Positions 1 to 8,625 of a DNA stretch of 64,000 nucleotides are shown here, in pieces (the stretch's first letter is position 1; every line of letters begins with the position of its first letter). Location of the stretch: IMG/VR virus record IMGVR_UViG_3300020045_012956, positions 1-64,000 of that record, one strand, 5' to 3'. This DNA comes from a virus. Lineage: Duplodnaviria; Heunggongvirae; Uroviricota; Caudoviricetes. A program made the position numbers and the translations under genes. A model generated the notes under the pieces. It was not told where the DNA came from. It saw nothing but the letters and a program-made list of their open reading frames with translations, and searched no databases.

Positions 1-689
1 AACTAACAACACTAAACGCAAAGGATTTTAGTACAGAAACAACTTTACAAAGCGTTTTAGCAGCCTTATTACTTTCAGGGCAAGAATTAACCCTACAAAG
101 CATTTTAACTGCTTTAGTACCTTTAGCAACAGAAGTAACATTAGGGCAATTATTGACTGAAATTCAAAGTGTAACAAATGCTTTATTAACTTCTATTAGT
201 GGAGATACTGCAAATATAGCATCTAACATGCCAGTTATAGCTAATATAGATTTGAATATAAACTTAATAAATTCAATACTAACAGCTAATTTACCATTGA
301 TTGAAAATTATCTAAATTTAATAAACTCAGATATAGATACTCAATTAAGCACACGTGCAAGCGAAGCAACTTTACAAAGTATTTTAAATCTATTATCAAT
401 TCCATCAACTCCAACTATTTCGAATATTACCCCTACATCAGCCTTGAGTAATGGTAGTGAAACATTAATTATAGCAGACCCAAATAGAAGAAAAATAGCA
501 ATTGCAAATAATACTAATAGAACTATTTACGTAGCTTATGGTGTAACTGCAAATACAACAACAGATTATTCATTTACAATTGCATCAAAGTCATTTGAAA
601 CAATCGAATTTGCAGCTAATGTAGATTTTAGTTATTCAATTGTACAAGCGACAGCAACAGGAACTATTAATGTAACTTCAATAATATAA
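1..689 (+). CDS. 5'-truncated structural protein with repeated TLQS(I/V)L-type units; tail fibre-like
   Basis: The frame is open from the window start into the listed ORF at 153. It carries a heptad-like 'ATLQSIL' repeat and Asn/Thr-rich beta-type sequence typical of fibre proteins. Confidence 0.45.
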   Translation, partial: LTTLNAKDFSTETTLQSVLAALLLSGQELTLQSILTALVPLATEVTLGQLLTEIQSVTNALLTSISGDTANIASNMPVIANIDLNINLINSILTANLPLIENYLNLINSDIDTQLSTRASEATLQSILNLLSIPSTPTISNITPTSALSNGSETLIIADPNRRKIAIANNTNRTIYVAYGVTANTTTDYSFTIASKSFETIEFAANVDFSYSIVQATATGTINVTSII

Positions 690-691
690 TC

Positions 692-1852
692 ATGTCAGAA
701 ATAGCAAAATTACCACTTTTTGCAGGAAAGCAATTAGGAGAAAGGGACACAGATATTTTTAACCACATCGGAACGGGTTCAATTGCATTCTTAAACAATG
801 AGGATACGATGACTGTTGGAGTTGGTCAATATTATATCAAACAAAGCAAACAAATCATTCCATATTTTGAGGGTAAAATTCAAACTGAAGAATTAACCCT
901 TAGAAATTTTCACATTCAGGCTGGAGTAATTAAGCAAATTGGATTGTTTTCAAGTTCAGGAGTTGCTCCATTTACTGCAAATAAGGACGGTTATATTATT
1001 GAAACTAATGGAGATACAAATACATTTTCTTTAGTTGCAATTAATAACGGCACTGAAACTGTTAGGGTAGATAGTACAAGCTTCAACGGTGATTTTAACC
1101 CTAGCGATTTTAATAATTTAGACTTATCTAAGTTTCAAGTTTTTAGGATTAAATTTTTATGGTTGGGTGGGGCCTTGTTTACTTTAGAGGCTAAGATAAA
1201 AAATGAATGGCAATTGTTACATTCTGCACAATGGGATGGGGCTGAACTTACAGATATTTTTGGAGGTTCTACAATCGTAAAAAGTCCTAATCAGTTTGTA
1301 AGGTACGAAATAAGAAGTACAACTGGCACAGGTTCACTTACTTACGTTTGTTCAGAAGTTAGTACTGATGACGTTTTAGGGGACAGCGGAAAAGCAATTG
1401 CAATTTATAATACATCTGCAATTACTTGCAATACAATAGGGACTATTTACGCATTAAAATCAATTAAAAAACAAACGGCTTTTAGAGATGCAAAAATACA
1501 GATTATTGATTTTAGTGTAGGCATTACAGCGAGTACAGATTCAGGAATAATATTATTGTTGCTTAATCCAGTTTTAGCAGCTGGTGTAATTAATTATGCT
1601 AATAAAAGTAAACTCCAAGAGGGCACAGCAACATCAACACCTACACCTACAACGGTAACAATTGGAGCTAATACAAGGGTTCTAAAATCATTTCCTATCA
1701 ATTCACAAAGTGGGAATATTAATTTTTCAAATGATTATATGAATAGTTTAGGAATAAATATTGATAATTCACTAGATGAAATTGTTTTAGCGTATCAACC
1801 AACATCAAGTAATCAATCAGTTTCAGGAGTAATGAACTTAAAAGTATATTAA
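692..1852 (+). CDS. hypothetical virion/tail-associated protein
   Basis: 386 aa ORF immediately after the fibre-like gene. Gly/Thr/Ser-rich beta-type composition; no catalytic motif seen. Confidence 0.4.
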   Translation: MSEIAKLPLFAGKQLGERDTDIFNHIGTGSIAFLNNEDTMTVGVGQYYIKQSKQIIPYFEGKIQTEELTLRNFHIQAGVIKQIGLFSSSGVAPFTANKDGYIIETNGDTNTFSLVAINNGTETVRVDSTSFNGDFNPSDFNNLDLSKFQVFRIKFLWLGGALFTLEAKIKNEWQLLHSAQWDGAELTDIFGGSTIVKSPNQFVRYEIRSTTGTGSLTYVCSEVSTDDVLGDSGKAIAIYNTSAITCNTIGTIYALKSIKKQTAFRDAKIQIIDFSVGITASTDSGIILLLLNPVLAAGVINYANKSKLQEGTATSTPTPTTVTIGANTRVLKSFPINSQSGNINFSNDYMNSLGINIDNSLDEIVLAYQPTSSNQSVSGVMNLKVY

Positions 1853-1855
1853 AAT

Positions 1856-2185
1856 ATGTTATTAACTTTTCAAAGATATAAAAATGGTGTTGAGGTTTTT
1901 ACTAATGATTTATTTGGTACAAATCCAGCTGTAACTAGTAAAGCTGAATTTTTTCATTATATCAAATTTAGATTCTTTTTGAGTAATGGAATAGTTGAAG
2001 GTTTGGAAGCTTTAGGAGTAACCGACTATATAGAAGTAAGAAACGGTAATAATGAAACTATTTTCAAATTACATCCTTTATTTTGCGAGGCTCCAATTTC
2101 AGGATGGTCTGCAAATGATTTATATCATTGGTTATTAGAGTGTTCAAATACGGGTGTTAAAATAAATGAAGAATGGACATATTAG
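1856..2185 (+). CDS. hypothetical protein
   Basis: 109 aa ORF tightly packed after the upstream gene. Confidence 0.35.
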   Translation: MLLTFQRYKNGVEVFTNDLFGTNPAVTSKAEFFHYIKFRFFLSNGIVEGLEALGVTDYIEVRNGNNETIFKLHPLFCEAPISGWSANDLYHWLLECSNTGVKINEEWTY

Positions 2186-2667
2186 ATCATTTAGACAAAA
2201 ACAAGGTTTATAAGCTATCATTTAAGAAGGGTGTAACTTTGCACCCTCTTAGCTGGTTAGGGGGCTTAATTAGACTAATAGCACGTGTAAAATACAATCA
2301 TGTTGGAGTTTTATATTATCGTGATGTTTGGTATTTGCAAGAGGCTATTGATAAGGGGGTAATTTCAGAACCTTTTGTAAATTCAAATGCTTATCACTAT
2401 TATAGTCATTTTTCAATTGAAGAAAGTCACACAAAGCAAGCTTGTATGATGCGAATTAGAGAGATTGAGGGTAAAAAGTACGATTATAAAGGGTTGTTGT
2501 TTTATCAATTGTGGCTTAATTTATTTAATAAATGGTTGGGAAAAGCCGCAAAGGATGGGGACAAATACTATTGTTACGAAGCAGTTGCAACTGTATTTGA
2601 TATAAGAGAAAAAAAACCAACTGAAATTAACAATCATTTTATTACGATATATGAAGGCAAAATATAA
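2173..2667 (+). CDS. permuted papain-fold peptidase/amidase (YiiX/C92-like), possible lysis or virion enzyme
   Basis: His-before-Cys order with 'NHVGVLY', 'YDYKG' and 'YYCYEAVA' motifs, which resemble the YaeF/YiiX permuted NlpC/P60 family. Confidence 0.45.
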   Translation: MDILDHLDKNKVYKLSFKKGVTLHPLSWLGGLIRLIARVKYNHVGVLYYRDVWYLQEAIDKGVISEPFVNSNAYHYYSHFSIEESHTKQACMMRIREIEGKKYDYKGLLFYQLWLNLFNKWLGKAAKDGDKYYCYEAVATVFDIREKKPTEINNHFITIYEGKI

Positions 2668-2757
2668 AAAAGAAGAAAAAAAGGAGAAAAAAGACATGAA
2701 TAAAGATTTTGATGACATGTTAAAAACTAAGAAGAAAAAAGCTAAAAAGAAGAAAAA

Positions 2758-3021
2758 ATGAATATTACTTTAGATACTCCGATTACAACAGAACAACTTG
2801 CACAACTCGACAAAGAGGCGCAAAAGTTTGCAAATGAGTTGTTTACAGAACATTATAGCGAAATAATGCAAACTAGAGACTCTGAAGAATACGATATGAA
2901 TTTAGAGTGTTTAGTTTCAGTTTTAGCAAAAAAACATAGTTTAATTACTATCAATAATTTATTAAAGCTTAAAAAATGCGTTTACTTTCATAAGGTAAAA
3001 ACAATTTTAGAAAATATGTAA
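2758..3021 (+). CDS. hypothetical protein
   Basis: 87 aa ORF. A 21-aa poly-Lys micro-ORF (2696-2761) overlaps its start via ATGA. Confidence 0.3.
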   Translation: MNITLDTPITTEQLAQLDKEAQKFANELFTEHYSEIMQTRDSEEYDMNLECLVSVLAKKHSLITINNLLKLKKCVYFHKVKTILENM

Positions 3022-3028
3022 AATTATA

Positions 3029-3087
3029 AAACCATTATAGCATGGTTTTATAATGAAAAGGCACGTTAATAGCGTGCCTTTAATTTT
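3029..3087. terminator. tandem hairpins between convergent genes (bidirectional terminator)
   Basis: Hairpin aaaccat-tatagc-atggttt followed by hairpin aggcacg-ttaata-cgtgcct and 'ttaatttt'. Confidence 0.5.
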
Positions 3088-3397
3088 ATGAATTATTACT
3101 TAAAAACTCAATTAAATTTTCCAATGTTTCATTAACCATAAAACTAACACCACCCTCGCAAAATATTTCAGTTTCTGTTAAATCTGATTCACTTTCAATT
3201 ATTGCAATTGATTCAATTGGAGCCGTTTTTTCAAATCCTACAATCTTACTCAATTCAATAACGTTGTAAGATTCAAATACTTGCATACTTGTTTTTATTC
3301 CTAAGTCTTCTAAATACTCAGAATTTAACATGTCTTTTAATGCTAAATTGCATTTGACTTTTAAGAATCTTTTGCCAAATAAACTAATTATTTCCAT
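3086..3397 (-). CDS. hypothetical acidic protein (minus strand)
   Basis: 103 aa ORF with normal amino-acid composition, a divergent promoter region at 3398-3450, and a terminator downstream. Confidence 0.4.
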   Translation of the reverse strand: MEIISLFGKRFLKVKCNLALKDMLNSEYLEDLGIKTSMQVFESYNVIELSKIVGFEKTAPIESIAIIESESDLTETEIFCEGGVSFMVNETLENLIEFLSNNS

Positions 3398-3451
3398 TTT
3401 AATAATATTTATTGCAAATATGCAACTAATTACTAACTTTGCAAAAAAAAC

Positions 3452-3799
3452 ATGAATAATAAAAATAAGCTAATAATCATTCTAATTATTTTATTGATAC
3501 TTACATTTGTAGTAAATTTAATTAACCTAAATAAAGCCTCAAAGATTGAGCAAATTAAAGAATCTAACATAATACTAGAGGAACAAATTAACAGCCTTAA
3601 AACTCGTATTTATACCGATTCTGTTGAATTATCACAAATTAAACAAAATAAAGCACTTTTAGAACATGAATATGAAAATGAAAAAAAGAAATACCGACCA
3701 ACCGAAGTTATTTTCGTTGAGAAGCTTCCTGCTATTATTTCTCTTAGTGATAGCGCGGCTTTTAGCTTATTCACAAACAACACCAAAACAAGAGAGTAA
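3452..3799 (+). CDS. N-terminal membrane-anchored coiled-coil protein (i-spanin/holin-associated-like)
   Basis: N-terminal TM helix 'LIIILIILLILTFVVNLI' followed by coiled coil. A -7 box 'TAACTTTG' lies just upstream. Confidence 0.4.
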   Translation: MNNKNKLIIILIILLILTFVVNLINLNKASKIEQIKESNIILEEQINSLKTRIYTDSVELSQIKQNKALLEHEYENEKKKYRPTEVIFVEKLPAIISLSDSAAFSLFTNNTKTRE

Positions 3800-4124
3800 A
3801 TTTGAGGTTACGCGATCTCAAATAGATAATGCTAATTTTAGTTTTGAGAAAAATAAAGTTTATGCTAATCAAATAAATATTTTAGATTCACTTAAAAAAA
3901 AGTGTGAGTATATTAATATGATTAATAACAAAGTAATTCAACAAATGGATAGTATTGACTATTTAAGAGTTCAAGAAATTACAAAACTTAATACTATTAA
4001 TTCAAATTTGAGAAAAAAACACAAACTAGAATTAACCACTCAAAAAATTAAGTCAGTTAAAAGAACTGTTATAATTTCAACTATTTGCATAATTGCAGGT
4101 TTTATATTTGGTTTATCAATATGA
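3678..4124 (+). CDS. secreted/periplasmic protein with signal peptide and C-terminal TM anchor, overlapping the previous gene in the +1 frame
   Basis: The signal-peptide-like N-terminus 'MKKRNTDQPKLFSLRSFLLLFLLVIARLLAYSQ' and a C-terminal hydrophobic helix are visible in the translation. It overlaps 3452-3799 by about 120 nt. Confidence 0.35.
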   Translation: MKKRNTDQPKLFSLRSFLLLFLLVIARLLAYSQTTPKQESKFEVTRSQIDNANFSFEKNKVYANQINILDSLKKKCEYINMINNKVIQQMDSIDYLRVQEITKLNTINSNLRKKHKLELTTQKIKSVKRTVIISTICIIAGFIFGLSI

Positions 4125-4600
4125 AAAAAGAATATACAGCATCACTAAAAAAAGCTATTAAAGAAGCTAAAAATAAGGCAAAAGAATCACTTAGAGAGGT
4201 TGAAACTTCAAACTTGTTCAAAATTATACCCGTTAAACCAATTGGAATAAATGAAACCTATTGCGAAATAATTAAATATAAATTTGATAAAAAGAGTGGT
4301 AAAATGCAACCTTATGCAGATCGTATTTTAACCAAAAAAGGTAAACAATTCAAAGTAGATTCTAAAAAGTTTATACCTGAATGCTTATTAAAAGTATCAA
4401 AATATATTGAGGTTCAAATAAAATATGGTTTTGCAAATGATATGCAGGACGTAGACGGGCCTACAAAATCATGTTTAGATATACTTGCAACTCAATTCAA
4501 TTTTAATGATAATATTGTTAAAAAATACAGTGTTGAAAAGGAAATAGTAAGCAAAGGTAAAGAATATTGGAGTTTCAAAATTATAAATTTAGATAGCTAG
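4121..4600 (+). CDS. rusA: RusA-like Holliday junction resolvase
   Basis: Motifs 'IPVKPIGINETY', 'DVDGPTKSCLDIL' and the C-terminal 'NDNIVKKYSVEKEIVSKG' parallel RusA 'PPSNNRYY', 'DLDNLQKAAFDAL' and 'DDAQVVDYRVVKMPVTKG'. ATGA overlap with the upstream gene. Confidence 0.55.
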   Translation: MKKEYTASLKKAIKEAKNKAKESLREVETSNLFKIIPVKPIGINETYCEIIKYKFDKKSGKMQPYADRILTKKGKQFKVDSKKFIPECLLKVSKYIEVQIKYGFANDMQDVDGPTKSCLDILATQFNFNDNIVKKYSVEKEIVSKGKEYWSFKIINLDS

Positions 4601-4667
4601 AAAAATATTTTTTTAAAAAATTGAAAATTTATTTTTTTTATTTCAAAAATTAGTTATAACTTTGCAG

Positions 4668-4739
4668 CGCACGTTGGAGAAGTGGTATCTCACTAGCCTC
4701 ATAAGCTAGAGTTCATGGGTTCGAATCCCGTACGTTGCA
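4668..4739 (+). tRNA. tRNA-Met/Ile2-type (anticodon CAT) with a poorly paired acceptor stem
   Basis: D arm gaga-agtggta-tctc, anticodon arm ctagc-ctcataa-gctag, T arm atggg-ttcgaat-cccgt. The 5' acceptor strand pairs at only about 4 of 7 positions. Confidence 0.6.
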
Positions 4740-4741
4740 AC

Positions 4742-4790
4742 AAAGAGGAGTCTTTATACTGGCACGCAATTAATTTGCGTGCTTTTCTTA
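4742..4790 (+). promoter_or_regulatory. conserved late-leader element copy 1: small GGAG-loop hairpin plus terminator-like hairpin
   Basis: Hairpin aaag-aggagt-cttt, then gcacgcaa-ttaat-ttgcgtgc with a T-run, then 'ttatttatt...ataaaaaATGGCA'. It is paralogous to 11369-11417. Confidence 0.55.
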
Positions 4791-4820
4791 TTTTATTTAT
4801 TAATTTAATCTTTATAAAAA

Positions 4821-5867
4821 ATGGCATTAGATCCAGCGGATGTTTGTACCGTCCTACAAGAATCATTATTACCAATTGCGGGCGCAAATTCTCCCGTAAA
4901 CAGAGCTAAAACAGGCTTTATAGAATCATTAGTTTCTCCAATTAACCGTGAAGGTTTTGCTCAAATTGCACAAAGTACAGATGGCATTAAAAAAACAGTA
5001 CGTGTACAATATTTGCAACAACCAGACGCTTCAAGCGTTGTTTCAGGTCCTATTGGTACTGTTAGACCTAATTTGTGTACACCAACATCAACAGCAACAG
5101 AACCTATTGGAAAAACTGTAGATGTAACTTTAGAGGCATTCAAAGAATTTTCAATGTCAGAAGCTACATTTAGAGAGTTTTGTACTTGGGACATGGCTGC
5201 TATGAAAAATTGGATGTTAAACATCATGATTGCACCTGTAATTCAAAGAATTAATCAATTACTTTTGACAAAATGGGCAGCTGGTGTCTATGGTGCTTAT
5301 TATGGTCAAGGTGCACCTGCAATCAAATCTTTCCAATTGTTAAGTGGTGGTGTTGCTGCAAATTACATTGGATTTTCAGACTTGCAAACTGAATATATGA
5401 AAATTGGTGGAGTTTCAAAACCTATTTTAGTAGGTGATGGCATTCTTAACACTTATATGAATTTAGTGGGTATTGGTTGTTGCAATAACAACGGTATCGA
5501 TTTAAGTCAAGCAGCTGCTAAAGATGCGTTTTTCTTTTATGATATTGATGCTTCTAGTGATACTTTAGGCTTAGGTGCTGCAAATAGATTCATGATGTAC
5601 AGTCCAGGCTCTATGCAGTTTATTCAATACCTTGAAAATCAAGGCGAATTTATGCAAAGCAAACCAGACTACGAACGTAGAATCATGGTTGATCCTGTAA
5701 CTGGTATTACATTTGACTTTGAAATGAGATACGAATCATGTGATCGTAAATATCATTTTTCTTTAGGTACTGCTTTTGATTTATTTAGTTTACCAGATGA
5801 CATGTTTGCGGCTGGTGCAATGGCTAATGTAAACAAAACTGTATTTGGCTTAGCTACAAACGCATAA
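4821..5867 (+). CDS. putative major virion (capsid or tail) protein
   Basis: 348 aa Ala/Gly/Val-rich ORF. It follows the tRNA and a strong hairpin leader shared with 11445, and has the ATGGCA start context of late genes. Confidence 0.4.
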   Translation: MALDPADVCTVLQESLLPIAGANSPVNRAKTGFIESLVSPINREGFAQIAQSTDGIKKTVRVQYLQQPDASSVVSGPIGTVRPNLCTPTSTATEPIGKTVDVTLEAFKEFSMSEATFREFCTWDMAAMKNWMLNIMIAPVIQRINQLLLTKWAAGVYGAYYGQGAPAIKSFQLLSGGVAANYIGFSDLQTEYMKIGGVSKPILVGDGILNTYMNLVGIGCCNNNGIDLSQAAAKDAFFFYDIDASSDTLGLGAANRFMMYSPGSMQFIQYLENQGEFMQSKPDYERRIMVDPVTGITFDFEMRYESCDRKYHFSLGTAFDLFSLPDDMFAAGAMANVNKTVFGLATNA

Positions 5868-5898
5868 TAGGATACTTTATTTTCATTTGATAACAATA

Positions 5899-5929
5899 AA
5901 AAGGCTGATTAAAAAACAGCCTTTTTTAA
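5899..5929 (+). terminator. rho-independent terminator
   Basis: Hairpin aaggctg-attaaaaaa-cagcctt followed by 'tttttt'. Confidence 0.55.
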
Positions 5930-5940
5930 TAAATAAAAAT

Positions 5941-6264
5941 ATGGAGCCAACATTACATATAAATTTAGGGTACGTTATTGTAATATTTTCAATTTTAGCG
6001 ACCATTTCAGGATTCTTAATTTGGATAATTACAAAAATATTAGCTTATTCAAATAAGACTATTAAAGTAGATAATTTGATTGATGCAAATCATAAGGAAA
6101 TCGAATCAGAATTGCGAGCTATGAAAATACAGATTGAACAGCTTAAAACTGATAAAGTTTCAATCACTGTTTTCACTGAATTGAGTTCTGAAATAAAGCA
6201 CTTGAATAAGTCGATGGATGAAATTAAAAATTTTATATACAATTATAAAGATAAAGAAAAATGA
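5941..6264 (+). CDS. membrane-anchored coiled-coil protein (holin/spanin-like)
   Basis: N-terminal TM helix 'LGYVIVIFSILATISGFLIWII' followed by coiled coil. The listed start at 5887 would run through the terminator, so the ATG at 5941 is preferred. Confidence 0.4.
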   Translation: MEPTLHINLGYVIVIFSILATISGFLIWIITKILAYSNKTIKVDNLIDANHKEIESELRAMKIQIEQLKTDKVSITVFTELSSEIKHLNKSMDEIKNFIYNYKDKEK

Positions 6265-6539
6265 TTGAACAGATTTTAACATATTTCGAATTAGAATTAG
6301 TTATATTGATAATATTTAGTAATGCTTGTTTTTTTCACTTTGTGAAAGTTGAGACAAGAAAACCACTAGTTACATTTTTAGTATCAATTGTAGTAGGTTT
6401 TGCATATTATTATTATCATGAAATAACATGGGTTAAGTGGTTGAGTTCGTTTGGTTTAGCTACTAGCATTTACGATATAGTGATTAAAGAATTACTAGAC
6501 ACAATAAAAAACCGATTTTTGAATAACCCTACTAGTTAG
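6261..6539 (+). CDS. two-TM small membrane protein (holin-like)
   Basis: 92 aa with two hydrophobic helices. ATGA overlap with the upstream gene. Confidence 0.4.
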   Translation: MIEQILTYFELELVILIIFSNACFFHFVKVETRKPLVTFLVSIVVGFAYYYYHEITWVKWLSSFGLATSIYDIVIKELLDTIKNRFLNNPTS

Positions 6540-6550
6540 GGTTATTTTTT
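6524..6550 (+). terminator. rho-independent terminator
   Basis: Hairpin aacccta-ctagt-tagggtt followed by 'attttttt'. Confidence 0.55.
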
Positions 6551-6695
6551 TGTAAAAAAGTTTGTGAATTAAAATATTAGTTGTATATTTGCATCACAAT
6601 TAAATACAAGTGTGGAAGTTTGTATTTAATAAAATAGGTTTTTACCTTAACGCCCTGATAATGTCTTCCACCATTTGACGGGCTTTTTTATTAAA

Positions 6696-7247
6696 ATGGA
6701 ATTGGAAATATTCAAATTCGAAAAAAAAGAAATTAGAACAAATATTGATTCTAATAATAACGTATATTTTTGCGTTAAAGATGTTTGTGAGGTTTTAGGA
6801 TTGACAAATCCTACAAAAGTAGTTGAAAATGTAGATATAGATGACCTAAGTTTGATTCAGGTCATAGATTCTTTAGGTAGAAAACAAACTGCTAACTTTG
6901 TGAATGAAAGTGGGTTATATCAAATAATTTTTCAAAGTCGTAAACAAGAATCTAAAGTTTTTAAGAGATGGGTAACATCAGAAGTTTTGCCATCAATTCG
7001 CAAAACGGGTTCTTATTCAACTGAAATTATAGTTCCTAAAACATTCAAAGAAGCCTTATTGATGCTTGTTGAATCAGAAGAACAAAAAGAAAAAATGCAA
7101 CTTCAAATTACAGAAATGCAACCCAAAGCAGAATTTTATGATCAAGTTGCAGATTCAAAAGATTATTTAGAAATGAAACAAGTTGCAAAGGTTTGTAATT
7201 TTGGCATTGGTAGAAATAATTTAGAAGTTATATTAAAGATAAATTAG
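6696..7247 (+). CDS. Bro-N domain protein (phage anti-repressor family)
   Basis: 'FKFEKKEIRTNIDSNNNVYFCVKDVCEVLGL' and 'SGLYQIIFQSRKQESKVFKRWVTSEVLPSIRKTG' match the BRO N-terminal domain consensus. The gene is short and may be C-terminally truncated. Confidence 0.6.
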   Translation: MELEIFKFEKKEIRTNIDSNNNVYFCVKDVCEVLGLTNPTKVVENVDIDDLSLIQVIDSLGRKQTANFVNESGLYQIIFQSRKQESKVFKRWVTSEVLPSIRKTGSYSTEIIVPKTFKEALLMLVESEEQKEKMQLQITEMQPKAEFYDQVADSKDYLEMKQVAKVCNFGIGRNNLEVILKIN

Positions 7248-7401
7248 AAGAGCATGATTTAGAGTATAATATTGATAATTTCAAAATGAATTCAACGAAT
7301 ATTCAATATGAATTTAACTGTATAAATGGTACAATAAGAAATTTTATTATAACTAATTTTCCACTTACTCTAAAAGGAGAATTAAAAATCGGATTATAAC
7401 A

Positions 7402-7437
7402 AAAACGGTGTAACTTAATTGATACACCGTTTTATTT
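7402..7437. terminator. bidirectional terminator between convergent genes
   Basis: Hairpin aacggtgta-acttaattga-tacaccgtt with a T-run on the plus side and an A-run on the minus side. Confidence 0.55.
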
Positions 7438-7619
7438 TAATACTTTTCTAAGTGATAAGGTTCATTGTCAAAAGTCATTTCTTTTCCTATGATCTTTTTA
7501 ATAGTTCCTTTTGGCAATTCAACATAATCATATTGACTATGATAATTTGTTTCATTCTTTTTAGGTAATTCTGAATAGATATACTCAGAACCGTTTTTGT
7601 CAACTGCTAAATATGCCAT
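7437..7619 (-). CDS. hypothetical protein (last gene of the minus-strand island)
   Basis: 60 aa ORF with normal composition, co-directional with the dcd-like gene. Confidence 0.3.
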   Translation of the reverse strand: MAYLAVDKNGSEYIYSELPKKNETNYHSQYDYVELPKGTIKKIIGKEMTFDNEPYHLEKY

Positions 7620-7622
7620 AAA

Positions 7623-8204
7623 TTAAATAAAGTTTTTAATGATTTTCGACTCAGTAGCTCCTAATTGGTTCATATACTTTGAGTTTTCTCGATCGTAGTA
7701 ATAGCTTTTTTCTCCAAATAATGTTTCAAATGCAATTTGGCATATTGGCATTCCAAGGTAAAGTATAGTAGGTTTAACTACTTGAATTTCTAACGTGTAT
7801 TGACCTAGGAATCCGCAATCTCCAAAACCACTATTTCCATGAGTTGAGATTCCAGCACGCATGCAACTTGATTTATCATGTAATTGAGGGTGGTAAAATT
7901 CACTTCCAACAATTTCAATTGTGTGCCCTAAATAGAGTTCGTTTGGCATTAAAAGAACCCTATCTTTTGAATCAAATTCAATAAGATCAAAATCATAATC
8001 CTCTTTAGGGTCGAAAACATCTAGATACCAGACTCCCTCTTCATCCTCCATTCGAATAGATTTATTAGTTTTCATTCTTTTAATTTCAGACCCTAAATGC
8101 AAATCAATACTTTCAGTTCCAATTGAATCATTTTTTAGATTATCAATTTTTATTTCTCCTTTTTCTATTGCTGTTTTAATTGCAGCACCCGTTAATATTG
8201 CCAT
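7623..8204 (-). CDS. dcd: dCTP deaminase / dUTPase-fold enzyme
   Basis: 193 aa. 'SIDLHLG' and 'SSCMRAGISTHGNSGFGDCGFLGQYTLEI' match Dcd-family active-site motifs (S-x-x-R-x-G and GxIDxGFxG-like). Confidence 0.55.
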   Translation of the reverse strand: MAILTGAAIKTAIEKGEIKIDNLKNDSIGTESIDLHLGSEIKRMKTNKSIRMEDEEGVWYLDVFDPKEDYDFDLIEFDSKDRVLLMPNELYLGHTIEIVGSEFYHPQLHDKSSCMRAGISTHGNSGFGDCGFLGQYTLEIQVVKPTILYLGMPICQIAFETLFGEKSYYYDRENSKYMNQLGATESKIIKNFI

Positions 8205-8623
8205 TATTTTTTTAATTTTTGAATTTCACTTAATCTAATTAATGTATGTTTTTTATTAAATTTATAAGCTTTTAGCTTTTTTATTCTTATCCAAAAGTAT
8301 ATGTTATTCTTTTTGATAGTAGGATGCAATTTAAGGTACTTTTCAACCGTTACAAACTCCTTATCTTCTGTATCTGATATAATACTAAGGTAATCTTTAT
8401 AATGCCTTAAATGATGTGTATAAAACCTAACAATATTTATATTTCCATGTTTTGAATTCTCATAAATTAAGTTTTCAGTATGAATAATTATAAAATTCAA
8501 ATATTCTATTTCTGTTAATTCTTTTCGATTTACATCAACTTGTTCTTTGACAAAATCTAAAGTTACTTTATTGATTAATTCAATCGAATGATCAAATGTA
8601 ATATCTAATTCTAAGTCTCTCAT
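8204..8623 (-). CDS. hypothetical protein
   Basis: 139 aa ORF overlapping dcd by ATGA-style coupling on the minus strand. Confidence 0.35.
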   Translation of the reverse strand: MRDLELDITFDHSIELINKVTLDFVKEQVDVNRKELTEIEYLNFIIIHTENLIYENSKHGNINIVRFYTHHLRHYKDYLSIISDTEDKEFVTVEKYLKLHPTIKKNNIYFWIRIKKLKAYKFNKKHTLIRLSEIQKLKK

Positions 8624-8625
8624 TT

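Noticed and set aside
3659-3700. Lambda-style -1 frameshift at the A AAA AAG heptamer linking 3452-3799 to 3666-4124
   Set aside because: The downstream ORF is in the +1 frame, not -1, relative to the heptamer frame. An internal ATG with a signal peptide explains it better.
4600-4800. Phage attachment site with an integrase next to tRNA-Met
   Set aside because: No tyrosine or serine recombinase motif is present in any ORF in the window. The neighbours are RusA and a structural gene, so the tRNA is treated as a phage-encoded gene.
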